This document shows, piece after piece, positions 51,882-61,179 of a DNA stretch of 64,000 nt. A program made the translations under genes and the position numbers. The notes under the pieces are model-generated. The model did not search any database. It was not told where the DNA came from and worked only from the letters and a program-made list of their open reading frames with translations. This DNA comes from Candidatus Poribacteria bacterium (GTDB lineage Bacteria; Poribacteria; WGA-4E; WGA-3G), in the NCBI GenBank assembly GCA_965242965.1, contig OZ251518.1:4352001-4416000 (forward strand). Direction: 5' to 3'. Within the stretch, counting starts at the first letter, position 1. Each line of letters begins with the position of its first letter.

Positions 51882-52649
51882 TTATTTCTTTGTGCTTTCT
51901 ATCTCCGCACGCAGGAACGCGATAATGTCGGCGATTTCCTGGTCTGACAGAATATCGGAGGCGTAGAACGGCATGAGCGAGCCGCCGCCGCGAATCTTCG
52001 CTGCCCACCGGCTCATCGTTTTGTCAATATCGCGAGGGGCCCGGGAACGAACGAGTTGCGGGCCAATCCCTGCTTTGCGAACCGTCGGGTGGCAAACAAC
52101 ACACGCGCGTCCGTAGAGTTCCCACCCTTTCGTGGTATCCCCGTCCATCGCGGCGATTTTCTCGCCAGCCGCCTTTTTGGCATCGTTATCCAGCATCTCC
52201 ATCGTGAATTGGGGCCCCTTGTTGTCGCCAGAGATGGCTTCAAAATAGGCCATGAGTGCCTCGGCGTGCTCAGCCGGAATTGCGGTAGGATTGACTTTGT
52301 CGCTGGGGACGCGCTGTAAGAAGTGTTCATAGCAGAACCCGCCGCCGCCTGCAGCGCGCGCGAAGTCGGCACCCTTAATCATTCCGCCTTTTGCCTCGCC
52401 ACGGTGTGGCACGCCGACAACGCTGTGGCCTGCACGGATGAGTCCGTCGGGCTCCGCCGCATCGTCAAAATCGGCGTGGCAGCTGGCGCAGGAAAGGCCC
52501 GTTGCCTTCTTCGGTTCAAGGGTGCCTTTAAAAGTGGCATCGTGAAACAGCTCGCGGCCGAGTTGTGCCTTTTCAGACAGTTGCGCGTGTGTGACGAGCG
52601 CGAGGCTCATCAACGCGACGCTCAGTAAAAACAAAACAAATTGACGCAT
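51882..52649 (-). CDS. Di-heme c-type cytochrome
   Basis: Signal peptide; CASCH and CVVCH. Confidence 0.85.
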   Translation of the reverse strand: MRQFVLFLLSVALMSLALVTHAQLSEKAQLGRELFHDATFKGTLEPKKATGLSCASCHADFDDAAEPDGLIRAGHSVVGVPHRGEAKGGMIKGADFARAAGGGGFCYEHFLQRVPSDKVNPTAIPAEHAEALMAYFEAISGDNKGPQFTMEMLDNDAKKAAGEKIAAMDGDTTKGWELYGRACVVCHPTVRKAGIGPQLVRSRAPRDIDKTMSRWAAKIRGGGSLMPFYASDILSDQEIADIIAFLRAEIESTKK

Positions 52650-52726
52650 CAAGAATCTCCTTTAAACTTGAAAGTCTGTTTTTCGGGAATTTTAGCATAA
52701 ACCTGAAAAAATATCAAGCACAAATT

Positions 52727-53251
52727 TCAACCTGCCGGTTCCAACACCCCAATGTAGGGTAAATTCCGATACTTTTGCGCGTAATCAAGCCCATAGCCGA
52801 CAACGAAAACATCGGGTACCTCAAATCCGCAATAATCAACGCTCACCTTGACTTCGCGTCGCGAAGGCTTATCTAGCAGCGTGCAAACCTTCACCGATTT
52901 GGGGGTGAAGAGAAGCAGATGTTCGATGAGAAATTTCAACGTATGTCCGGTGTCAACGATATCCTCGACAATCAGGATATGCTTGTTTTCAAGGTAATCG
53001 CTGCCGCCGCGGATGAGTTGCACCTGCGAAGGCTTCGTATCATCGTAGTAACTAGCGAGTTGGAGGAATTCAAAGCGGAGGGGTAACGCGGTCGCGCGCG
53101 CCAGATCAGCGTAAAACACTACCGCGCCTCTCAGCACGCCGAGTAGGACGAGCTCTTCGCCTGCGTAATCGGTGGAAATCTGCGCGCCGAGTTCGTGCAC
53201 GCGTTGCTGAATATCGGATTCTGAAATTAAGACAGCTGGTGGATTAGGCAT
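52727..53251 (-). CDS. hpt: Hypoxanthine phosphoribosyltransferase
   Basis: VEDIVDTG, LLDKP, FVVGYGLD. Confidence 0.95.
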   Translation of the reverse strand: MPNPPAVLISESDIQQRVHELGAQISTDYAGEELVLLGVLRGAVVFYADLARATALPLRFEFLQLASYYDDTKPSQVQLIRGGSDYLENKHILIVEDIVDTGHTLKFLIEHLLLFTPKSVKVCTLLDKPSRREVKVSVDYCGFEVPDVFVVGYGLDYAQKYRNLPYIGVLEPAG

Positions 53252-53356
53252 TTTTGTTGTTCGCGAGGCATTGTGCAATGTGCAACATTTTTGGTGCAAT
53301 CACGGTTCATGGTTACGCGGTTTGAAACTGCGCCTACCAGGGCTATTAGGGCTATT

Positions 53357-54754
53357 CTATGTCCCTTCTGTTAATCTAACGAAGAGGTATTTCCGTGTGT
53401 GAGCGTGCAATTTCGTTGGTTCACTTGTCGTGTAACCTATCACCCACACGAGTTCATCATCGCCGCTGACGAGCAGCGGAATCCTGTCGCGTTCATATCG
53501 CGGCACTTTCGAGTCAATGAAAAAATCCTTCAGTTTTTTCGTTCCCTGCATGCCGAAAGGTTGAAATCTGTCCCCAGGCCGCCGATTGCGAACAGTCAAC
53601 GGGAACCCCTGAAGTGTCTCCCAGTCAAACGCTGCCGAAAACTTTCCATCAGGTAACGCGGGGACATTGTCCGCCGAAATATCAGCAACACTCGCTGTGA
53701 TTTCTGCATTTAAAGCGGCGATTTTCGTCTTACCGGGCACTGCGAGCGGATAGGCGAAATCTTCTGGTTCAACCGGTTTTCTCTCAAAGAGGAGGCACTG
53801 ATACGCGCGGCGGAATTGCATGCCGTTAGGAAGTGCCACTACGGCGTTCGGTGCATCGCCTTCAATTAAATCAAGAATTGCCTGACAGTGTTCAAAATAG
53901 AAATCGGTTATCTGTCCATGTATCTCGGCGATGCAGTGCCTTAGCATCCGCCGTTGCACTGCGACGTGATACTTTCGGAATTGCGTCCTATCCAATCTGA
54001 TGATGTCCTCAGCCTCACCCTGCCGGCACGTTTGGCATTTCTCAAACGCTTCGCGCGCTACGGAGTCAAGGTATTCCGATTCTGCACTGAGCACCTCAGC
54101 CGTTCGGTTTAATCCGATTCTGATGTTCGGATTATAGTCGCGTTCTAACAGCGGCAGCAACTCGTGGCGGATGCGGTTCCGGAGATAGCGCGTATCGGTA
54201 TTCGTCGTATCGTGTCGCGGTGCAAGGTTCATGCCCGCGAGGAATGCCTCGATTTCTTGACGAGTGAAACCCGCAAAAGGTCTGACGAATCTGTCCTCCC
54301 TGACAGGAAGGATACCTTTGAGTCCAGTGACACCGCTTCCCCGTATGAGGTGCATCAAAACGGTTTCGGCGATGTCGTCCTGATGGTGCCCGAGTGCGAT
54401 TTTGGTAGCACCGATGCGTTCGGCGACATCTTCATAAAACCGATACCGCGCGGCGCGTCCTGTCGCTTCCGATGGAATTGGTAATTCTACCTTGGCCAGA
54501 GAAAACGGTATATTGAGGCGCGCCGTGTGTTGTCGGACAAACTCGGCATCGGCATCAGCATCGGGACGGAGGCAGTGATTGAGGTGCGCGACGTGAAGGT
54601 GGCACTCTAATTTTGCGCGGAGGGCATGCAACCCGTAAAGCAAGGCGAGTGAATCGGCACCGCCTGAGACAGCAACTAGCACCGTTTCACCTGTCTCTAT
54701 CATGGTGTGTTGGGAGATGAAGCGGTGCAGTTGCTGCAAAAAATGGGATGTCAT
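53357..54754 (-). CDS. tilS: tRNA(Ile)-lysidine synthase
   Basis: SGGADS, GHHQDD.AET, RNRIRH, C-terminal KKLKDFFID. Confidence 0.95.
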   Translation of the reverse strand: MTSHFLQQLHRFISQHTMIETGETVLVAVSGGADSLALLYGLHALRAKLECHLHVAHLNHCLRPDADADAEFVRQHTARLNIPFSLAKVELPIPSEATGRAARYRFYEDVAERIGATKIALGHHQDDIAETVLMHLIRGSGVTGLKGILPVREDRFVRPFAGFTRQEIEAFLAGMNLAPRHDTTNTDTRYLRNRIRHELLPLLERDYNPNIRIGLNRTAEVLSAESEYLDSVAREAFEKCQTCRQGEAEDIIRLDRTQFRKYHVAVQRRMLRHCIAEIHGQITDFYFEHCQAILDLIEGDAPNAVVALPNGMQFRRAYQCLLFERKPVEPEDFAYPLAVPGKTKIAALNAEITASVADISADNVPALPDGKFSAAFDWETLQGFPLTVRNRRPGDRFQPFGMQGTKKLKDFFIDSKVPRYERDRIPLLVSGDDELVWVIGYTTSEPTKLHAHTRKYLFVRLTEGT

Positions 54755-54778
54755 GAGGTGCGTCTCGGTGAGGGATGA

Positions 54779-54850
54779 TGCCGGTGCGGAGAGTCGAACT
54801 CCGGACAATACGATTATGAGTCGTATGCTCTACCACTGAGCTACACCGGC
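54779..54850 (-). tRNA. tRNA with CAT anticodon (probably Ile2, otherwise elongator Met)
   Basis: GCCGGTGTAGCTCAGTGGTAGAGC..CGACTCATAATCG..GTTCGACTC..CACCGGCA cloverleaf. Confidence 0.9.
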
Positions 54851-54893
54851 AAAAATCGCGGAATCCCGCGCTATTATCGGCAATCTACATTTA

Positions 54894-55026
54894 ATTATAC
54901 CACAGATTTGCTAAAAAGTCAAATCTTTTTTAATTTTTCTTCGATTTCTAGTTGCGCGCCCTTCAGTTTCAAACAGAACCAATCAACGTTAACTTCTATT
55001 TTACCTTAACGCAATTTGTTTGTCAA
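54894..55026 (-). promoter_or_regulatory. Two tandem sigma70 promoters for tRNA-tilS-hpt
   Basis: TTGACT-17-TATAAT (54922-54894) and TTGACA-17-TAAAAT (55026-54998). Confidence 0.7.
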
Positions 55027-55107
55027 GGATTTTTGAACAAAGCGAGATAAAAACTTACTGAAAACAACACAGGGCTGTCTTTCTGGCAGCCACTGAACGA
55101 TAATGCA

Positions 55108-57336
55108 TTAATGCGGGGGTTGAGCGGGACGCGCGCCGATGCCCATCCTAATCGCAGGAAGCACAGTATCCGAAATATCAACGGAATAATCAAAAATTGT
55201 CCAGCCTGAAGCCCCTAAAAAACGAGCTAGGTAAATCTGTCCGACGACAGCATCCGCCGTAAGAAGGGAATTGGTGGCGGTAGCACCGATACCGGGGTAA
55301 ATCGTAAACCCTTTGGGAAGGAGGGCAAGTTGGTTCTCTAACAAATCGGTGAAGTAGGTAGTATCCTCGGTGTAGTTCATCGGGCAGACGAAATCGAGAT
55401 AGCCTGCCTTCGCCCAGGCAACCCAGTCTTGTCCGATAGAAGTGACGCAGGCAGGATAGCCGCCGAACACAGCGGCGGAGATTTTGATGTCCGGTTTGAG
55501 TTCACGGGCGCGTTTATGGAGCAGCCGCACGAGGCGGGTTATCTGCTGCACGCGCCATTCAGTATACGCGTTCCTCAAAAATCGAGACCGGGAGGGCTCT
55601 CCTACGGTTTTTCGTGACTGGGAGGGCTCTCCTACCGAAATTCCCTTCGGTAAGACAGATGCGGGCCAGTCGTCAATCTCCGTTTTTGTAGCCAAAACAA
55701 ATCGCTTCCGACATTCTTCGCAATAGCAGGCGTGCGCGCCAGGATAACGGATATAATCCAACTGAACGCCGTCAACATCGTAGTTCTCCACGATTTCCAA
55801 GAGGACATTGAGTTCTAGTTTCACGTTTTCGGGATGCGAGGGGCAGAGCCAGTTGAGCGGTTCGCCGGTTGCGGAGACTTGCGTTCTCCCCGCCGCTCGC
55901 ATTTTTTCGATGAATTCTTTCGGCGCGTCCTCCAAATTCCACGTAATCTTCCAGATATGCACCTCTAACCCGTGCTGGCGCGCCGCTTGAACGCACTGTT
56001 CAACCTGGTCTCCGTAGCGTGTGAACGTTTCACTGGACGGGAGAAACGCGCTTGGATAATGCGCTACCCCCGCCCATGCCATGTTTGGAATGAGCATGTT
56101 TACCCCGGCATCGGCTAATTCCTTTGCGGAACGTTCCCAATCCCCCGGATACGCGCCGAGCCCGGAGTGATTCCAGACAGCGCGTCCCTCCCTTAACCCA
56201 CTTTTTCCCGTATTGCGAGGGCCTGTCCCTCGCAATGCCCCGACCCCACTTTGCATCGTAGTGCGAGGGCCTGTCCCTCGCAATTCGTCAACTGCAATGT
56301 TTGTATGCGACAGGAAGTATGCTTCTGAAAGCGCGGCGCGCCCAGCACGCGCCGTGGAAATTACCTCGTTGTATGCTTCGCGAGCATACGCGGCACGCGC
56401 CTGCTCTACCAAATCGTGTCCGGTTCGCAACGCCGCAATCGCATCAGAATTCATGCTTTGTTCGACAAACTTCGCCAACGCTTCGTGATGCTGCGTATGT
56501 CCAATCTTTGACGTATCATCTAACGCCTTTTTTGCGATGGCGCGCCGAAATTCGGGAACGAGATGTCCCAACAGCGCGGCGAGCAGCAGTTTCTTCCGTT
56601 GGATATCGTCTGGCAAAAAGACGTGGCTGAAGAATGCCCCCGATTCACCCAGCAAGAGTGCTGGCAAACCGGTGTTTTCACCCTTCGCGTTATACCAGTA
56701 ACCGATGACTTTCGTTTGTGGTGCCGTCGGTTCCGCGACTGTGATGTTCCACGATGCCTGTCGGACAGATGCGGGCATTCCCTGCACTGCAGGCGCGTTC
56801 AGGTGAATGGATGCAAACTGACCGGGGTGTTCCTCACGCAGCCAATGCGTCTGCCGGAGTTGAAGCAGCTGTGCCACCTCCTCTGCCAGACTATACGTCA
56901 CCAACAGTTTGCCGCCGCTAGCGACAAAATCTTTCAGGTATGCCGCCGTTTGTAGCGATACCGCCGCGTTCATCGGCAGAATGAGCAACCGCTTTTGAAC
57001 CGTAGCGCGAGGGGTTGTCCCTCGCGCGCTTTCCTTAATAAGTGCCGCTTCCTCAATCGTATCCGCCGCAAGCCCGATGCCCTCCAGCATCCGAGTTAGC
57101 CGTTTGCTCGTCGAACGCGCGTAGCCGACATCGGCTTGTTTCACGCCATCACCAGCAGTCGGTAAGATAATCCCGAGCTCGGCTGGTGCCGCTGATGCGA
57201 GCGTGAACGCGCCTACCCCATAAAACAAGGCACAGATGAGAATTAGCAAATAGAGCCGCAGAAACCGCCGCCGAGATTTGCGGCAACTCCAGAGTGCCCA
57301 AGACACCGTATTTTCAGGTAACCATACAGATAACAT
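55108..57336 (-). CDS. DUF187/GHL10 (YddW/DigH-like) glycoside hydrolase with N-terminal extension
   Basis: EGRAVW, WLCPSHP, YDVDGVQLDYIRYP, QDWVAW; AGGAGG RBS. Confidence 0.82.
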   Translation of the reverse strand: MLSVWLPENTVSWALWSCRKSRRRFLRLYLLILICALFYGVGAFTLASAAPAELGIILPTAGDGVKQADVGYARSTSKRLTRMLEGIGLAADTIEEAALIKESARGTTPRATVQKRLLILPMNAAVSLQTAAYLKDFVASGGKLLVTYSLAEEVAQLLQLRQTHWLREEHPGQFASIHLNAPAVQGMPASVRQASWNITVAEPTAPQTKVIGYWYNAKGENTGLPALLLGESGAFFSHVFLPDDIQRKKLLLAALLGHLVPEFRRAIAKKALDDTSKIGHTQHHEALAKFVEQSMNSDAIAALRTGHDLVEQARAAYAREAYNEVISTARAGRAALSEAYFLSHTNIAVDELRGTGPRTTMQSGVGALRGTGPRNTGKSGLREGRAVWNHSGLGAYPGDWERSAKELADAGVNMLIPNMAWAGVAHYPSAFLPSSETFTRYGDQVEQCVQAARQHGLEVHIWKITWNLEDAPKEFIEKMRAAGRTQVSATGEPLNWLCPSHPENVKLELNVLLEIVENYDVDGVQLDYIRYPGAHACYCEECRKRFVLATKTEIDDWPASVLPKGISVGEPSQSRKTVGEPSRSRFLRNAYTEWRVQQITRLVRLLHKRARELKPDIKISAAVFGGYPACVTSIGQDWVAWAKAGYLDFVCPMNYTEDTTYFTDLLENQLALLPKGFTIYPGIGATATNSLLTADAVVGQIYLARFLGASGWTIFDYSVDISDTVLPAIRMGIGARPAQPPH

Positions 57337-57361
57337 GACGAATTCCTCCTTTGCAGACAAT

Positions 57362-58792
57362 TTATCGCCGCTCCGCAAGGGGCTCCCCGGGTTTTTTACC
57401 GAGAAACTTGTCAATGCCTAGGGCGATAGCACCTGCGATTTTCTGCTGATAGGCAGCAGACATGAGGTTTTTCCCTTCCGTTGGGTTAGATATAAATCCC
57501 GTTTCGACCAGGATAGCCGGCACACTCGTGCCGATAAGCACGACAAAGCGCGCGTGTTTCACACCCCTGTCTACTGCCCCGGTCGCGCGAATCAATTCTT
57601 TCTGCACCGCCGTCGCAAGCCGCTGACTGTCCGCGCTTTTACTTTCCTGCACTAATCCCTTAAGCAGCGTGTTCAGTTCTTGGATGCTGTAGCCGGAGTC
57701 GGCGTTCTCGCGTGCCGCGATGCCCTCCGCGGCTTTATCCGTGCTGGCGACATCCAAATAGTAGGTTTCAATACCGTTCGCTTTGCTATTTTTATTCGCA
57801 TTGGCGTGGATGCTGATAAACAGATCTGCCCTATTTTGCGTTGCGAACTGCGTCCGGCCCTTCAACGCAATGAACGTGTTGTCCTCGCGGGTGAGTAGCA
57901 CCTTATAGCCTTTCGCTGTGAGTTTCTCGCGAAGCTTCTTGGCGATACTCAACACGACGATTTTCTCTTGCCGTTCGCCTGCGCCGAGTGCACCCGGGTC
58001 TTTGCCACCGTGTCCTGCGTCAATCACGATTGTCTTGGCTGTCAACCCGAACTGGCGCGTGAGCGTTTCTGGGGCGACTCTGCGCAATGCAGGAGCGTTC
58101 TTTTTCACCGTTGATGCCTTAGGTGCTTTCGCTTTTTGGACGCGTGGCGGTGCCGCAACCCGCTTATCCGCCGGAGCGCGAGAACCTGTCCCTCGTGCTT
58201 CTGGCTTAAGTCCCTGCATCTCTTCCGAAGCCGCCGCCACAATCTCCTCTTTTTTCGCACCTGCAACGAGGTTTTTGTATAAACTTTCGGCGCGGGTGGC
58301 GTAACCCTGTTTTGCATAGGCGCGCGCCAATGCCAACTGCGCATCTTCGGCGACATCCGAATCGGCGTAGCGGTTCATCACCAACTGATACTGCGTGATT
58401 GCCTGATATGTGTCGTCAATGTGTGCATAACAACGGCCTTGCCAATAATGCGCGTGTGGCACGTGTGGCGAATCGGAATAGTCATTCGCCAATTGTTCTA
58501 ACGCCGCAATCGCTTGCTGCGGTGCTGCCGTGTCCCCTGCTTTGACACACCACACGTAGGAAGATGCGATGGCGTATTGTGCGTCATCTGCGAATTCGCC
58601 TTGTGCATCCGTTTCAATGATGCGCTCAAAGTCAGCGATCAGCGCGTGCCATTCCGCGGGTGTTGCAGGCTTTTCGCCGCTAGCGTAAGCGTAATGCCTC
58701 GCCGAAGCCTGTTGATAACCAGTCCTGCTCGCGCACCCTGCGCAAAATATCGCCAAGGCGAGGATGACGATACATGGATAACTTAGTCTCAT
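57362..58792 (-). CDS. N-acetylmuramoyl-L-alanine amidase (Amidase_3) with N-terminal TPR lipoprotein domain
   Basis: Lipobox CAGC, TPR-like helices, IDAGHGG, FISIHAN, LVETGF. Confidence 0.9.
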   Translation of the reverse strand: MRLSYPCIVILALAIFCAGCASRTGYQQASARHYAYASGEKPATPAEWHALIADFERIIETDAQGEFADDAQYAIASSYVWCVKAGDTAAPQQAIAALEQLANDYSDSPHVPHAHYWQGRCYAHIDDTYQAITQYQLVMNRYADSDVAEDAQLALARAYAKQGYATRAESLYKNLVAGAKKEEIVAAASEEMQGLKPEARGTGSRAPADKRVAAPPRVQKAKAPKASTVKKNAPALRRVAPETLTRQFGLTAKTIVIDAGHGGKDPGALGAGERQEKIVVLSIAKKLREKLTAKGYKVLLTREDNTFIALKGRTQFATQNRADLFISIHANANKNSKANGIETYYLDVASTDKAAEGIAARENADSGYSIQELNTLLKGLVQESKSADSQRLATAVQKELIRATGAVDRGVKHARFVVLIGTSVPAILVETGFISNPTEGKNLMSAAYQQKIAGAIALGIDKFLGKKPGEPLAERR

Positions 58793-58928
58793 CGTCTTTT
58801 TTCCTCTCTTTCATAAGGTTTGACATGCAATAAAACGTGAGATGTGGGTTTTTCGTTACTAAAAATCGGCAATCCGGGTCCAAAATGCTCCTAGTCCACT
58901 GATTTTTGAGTTAATGAGTGAATTATTT

Positions 58929-59420
58929 GAGGGGGTTTCGTAAATCGCTTAACGTTGCGGTGACAGGCCCCGCGCTCCGGAAAAAAACGCCTCTCCTTCA
59001 CGTAGGGCGAGGGCCCTCGGATGCCACACGCGCATCCGAGCGGGTTCCCCTCGCCATGCGTTTTGCTAGCAGACCTCGTCACCCCTGTAGGGCAGGATCG
59101 CCTGATCCTGACCCGTTCGGGAGCGGGCGCTCCCGAACTACAGATGGGAAACACACATCGTGACGATGGAGATCGCGGGGGACAGGCCCCCGCGCTACGA
59201 TAAAAAACGCCTCCCCCTCGCCAGCGTGCGCGCTACGATGAAAAAACGGTTCTTAGGTCCTAACGAACCTAAACGCCACCACTTGACGATGGAGATCGCG
59301 GGGGACAGGCCCCTGCGCTACGGGAAAAATCGAGACCGGGAGGTCTCTCCTACCGGGGAAACGGAATCGCTCGGGGTCTTACGAAACCCTTTTGACAACA
59401 ACGAGTTAGGAAACACCCTC
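58929..59420. mobile_element. MITE-like element carrying REP palindromes
   Basis: GAGGGGGTTTCGTA ... TAGGAAACACCCTC; 8-bp TSD AATTATTT. Confidence 0.78.
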
Positions 59421-59501
59421 AATTATTTGTTGATTTTAATGTCGTAGATGTGTTATCATTATTTATCGGTTAGGGAAAATTCAATTTTGTAAGGAAGATC
59501 A

Positions 59502-60206
59502 ATGAAACTCACACCTCAAGAAGTCCAACTTTTTCGCCACAACGGGTTTATTAAATTCCCGACGCGCCTGCCGATAGCGCAGGTTGAAGCACTTAAAGCG
59601 GCGGCGTTGAAGGACATGTCAGAAGCCGTTGAGCCTGTCGCGAGACAAGACGGCCGGATTATCCGTATCTCCGCAATCTGGGAACGCGGCGGCATCTTCC
59701 GAGAGACGATAACCTGCGATGAAATCCTTGAGCCGCTGGCATCGCTCTTGGGCGCGAATATAGAATACGTGCTGAATCGCCACAACCACATTTATCTGCG
59801 AGATGCAGGTTCTAGCCATTCGCTTGAGTTGCATCGCGATGTGCGCCACTGGAGCCGGACGATTGCAACGGTGCTTGTCTATCTGGAAGACACGCATTTA
59901 GAGAACGGTTGCACGCGCGTAGTTCCCGGTTCGCACCATCTCCCCGCGTTCGCCGATTTAAAAGACGATGCGCTTCGGCAGGTTGCCGCAAGCCAAGCCA
60001 TTCCGTTACCGATGCCGGCAGGCGGGCTACTCGCTATTGACAGTATGATAATCCACGCCGCGGGTGTCAATCACACCGATGGCACGCGGATGAGCATGAC
60101 GTTGGGGTATCACAGCGCAGATGAACTCGCGCCGGCGGATAACCCGAAGAAGGTGCTGGTTCGGGGTGAACGGCCGTATCGCGGCAATGACGCGCCGCGG
60201 AGGTAG
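59502..60206 (+). CDS. Phytanoyl-CoA dioxygenase family 2OG-Fe(II) oxygenase
   Basis: LHRD, NGCTRVVPGSH, IHAAG.N...TR. Confidence 0.88.
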   Translation: MKLTPQEVQLFRHNGFIKFPTRLPIAQVEALKAAALKDMSEAVEPVARQDGRIIRISAIWERGGIFRETITCDEILEPLASLLGANIEYVLNRHNHIYLRDAGSSHSLELHRDVRHWSRTIATVLVYLEDTHLENGCTRVVPGSHHLPAFADLKDDALRQVAASQAIPLPMPAGGLLAIDSMIIHAAGVNHTDGTRMSMTLGYHSADELAPADNPKKVLVRGERPYRGNDAPRR

Positions 60207-60339
60207 GAGAGACCTCCCGGTCTCGATGCTAAATCTGCAGAAAATCGTTATCGGGACAAGGATGTCCCTCCTACTGAATGAGAAAAATCGTTTTTTTTGA
60301 GAAAATAGACCGTTTTTTTGAAAAAAATGTGATTTTGAC

Positions 60340-60368
60340 TTGACAAACGCAAAATTTTGTGGTATACT
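60340..60368 (+). promoter_or_regulatory. sigma70 promoter of the tRNA cluster
   Basis: TTGACA-17 bp-TATACT with TG extension. Confidence 0.75.
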
Positions 60369-60408
60369 ATATAACGTCTTTGAGAGAAGTGCGTTTTCGC
60401 ATTATTTC

Positions 60409-60482
60409 GGGCGGGTAGCTCAGGTGGCTAGAGCGACAGCCTTACAAGCTGTAGGCCACAGGTTCAAGTCCTGTCCCGCCTA
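60409..60482 (+). tRNA. tRNA-Val(TAC)
   Basis: Cloverleaf, anticodon loop CTTACAA. Confidence 0.92.
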
Positions 60483-60490
60483 TGTATTAG

Positions 60491-60566
60491 GGGCTCGTGG
60501 CGCAGTTTGGTTTAGCGCGCCTGCCTGTCACGCAGGAGGTCGCGGGTTCAAGTCCCGTCGGGCCCG
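60491..60566 (+). tRNA. tRNA-Asp(GTC)
   Basis: Cloverleaf, anticodon loop CTGTCAC. Confidence 0.93.
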
Positions 60567-60639
60567 TTTTCTTTTCTTAAACACATCCAGTAGGCGTGCT
60601 TTCAAACCGCGCCTACCGGTAAACTTAACTATGTCTTGA

Positions 60640-60715
60640 GGGCTCGTGGCGCAGTTTGGTTTAGCGCGCCTGCCTGTCACGCAGGAGGTCGCGGGTTCAA
60701 GTCCCGTCGGGCCCG
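60640..60715 (+). tRNA. tRNA-Asp(GTC), identical second copy
   Basis: Sequence identical to 60491-60566. Confidence 0.93.
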
Positions 60716-60789
60716 TCTTTCATGAGACGACGAAATGAGCCACAGATTGTTTCTACACAATGCTGTGGCTTTTTCGTTACAATTAAAAT

Positions 60790-61054
60790 GAGGGTGTTTC
60801 ATAATTCGTTCAACGTCGCGGTGACAGGCCCCTGCTACGGTGAAAAAACGCCGCCCCTTCACGTAGGGCGAGGGCCTGTCCCTCGCCATGCTTTTGGCTG
60901 GCAGACCGCATCACTCCTGTAGGTCAGGATCGCCTGATCCTGACCCGTTCGGGAGCGGGTGCTCCCGAACTACAGAGGTGGGCCCGATGCCTGCCGGTAT
61001 TCGTCCGCCCTCCAAGGCGGGATAAATACCGAAACGGAGTTATGAAACACCCTC
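60790..61054. mobile_element. MITE-like element carrying REP palindromes
   Basis: Perfect TIRs; flanks AATTAAAAT / AATTAAAAC. Confidence 0.85.
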
Positions 61055-61179
61055 AATTAAAACGGGCATGTTGAGGGACAGGCCCTCAACCTACGTGCTC
61101 ATGTGGTTAAGTGCTGATGTTTCGTCACGGGCGCGAAAGTCCCAGCAGGCGCGATAAAAAACAGAGGAGATAAATACCC

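Noticed and set aside
54755-54808. tilS N-terminal extension in the ORF track
   Set aside because: It overlaps the tRNA gene; ATG 54754 is the plausible start.
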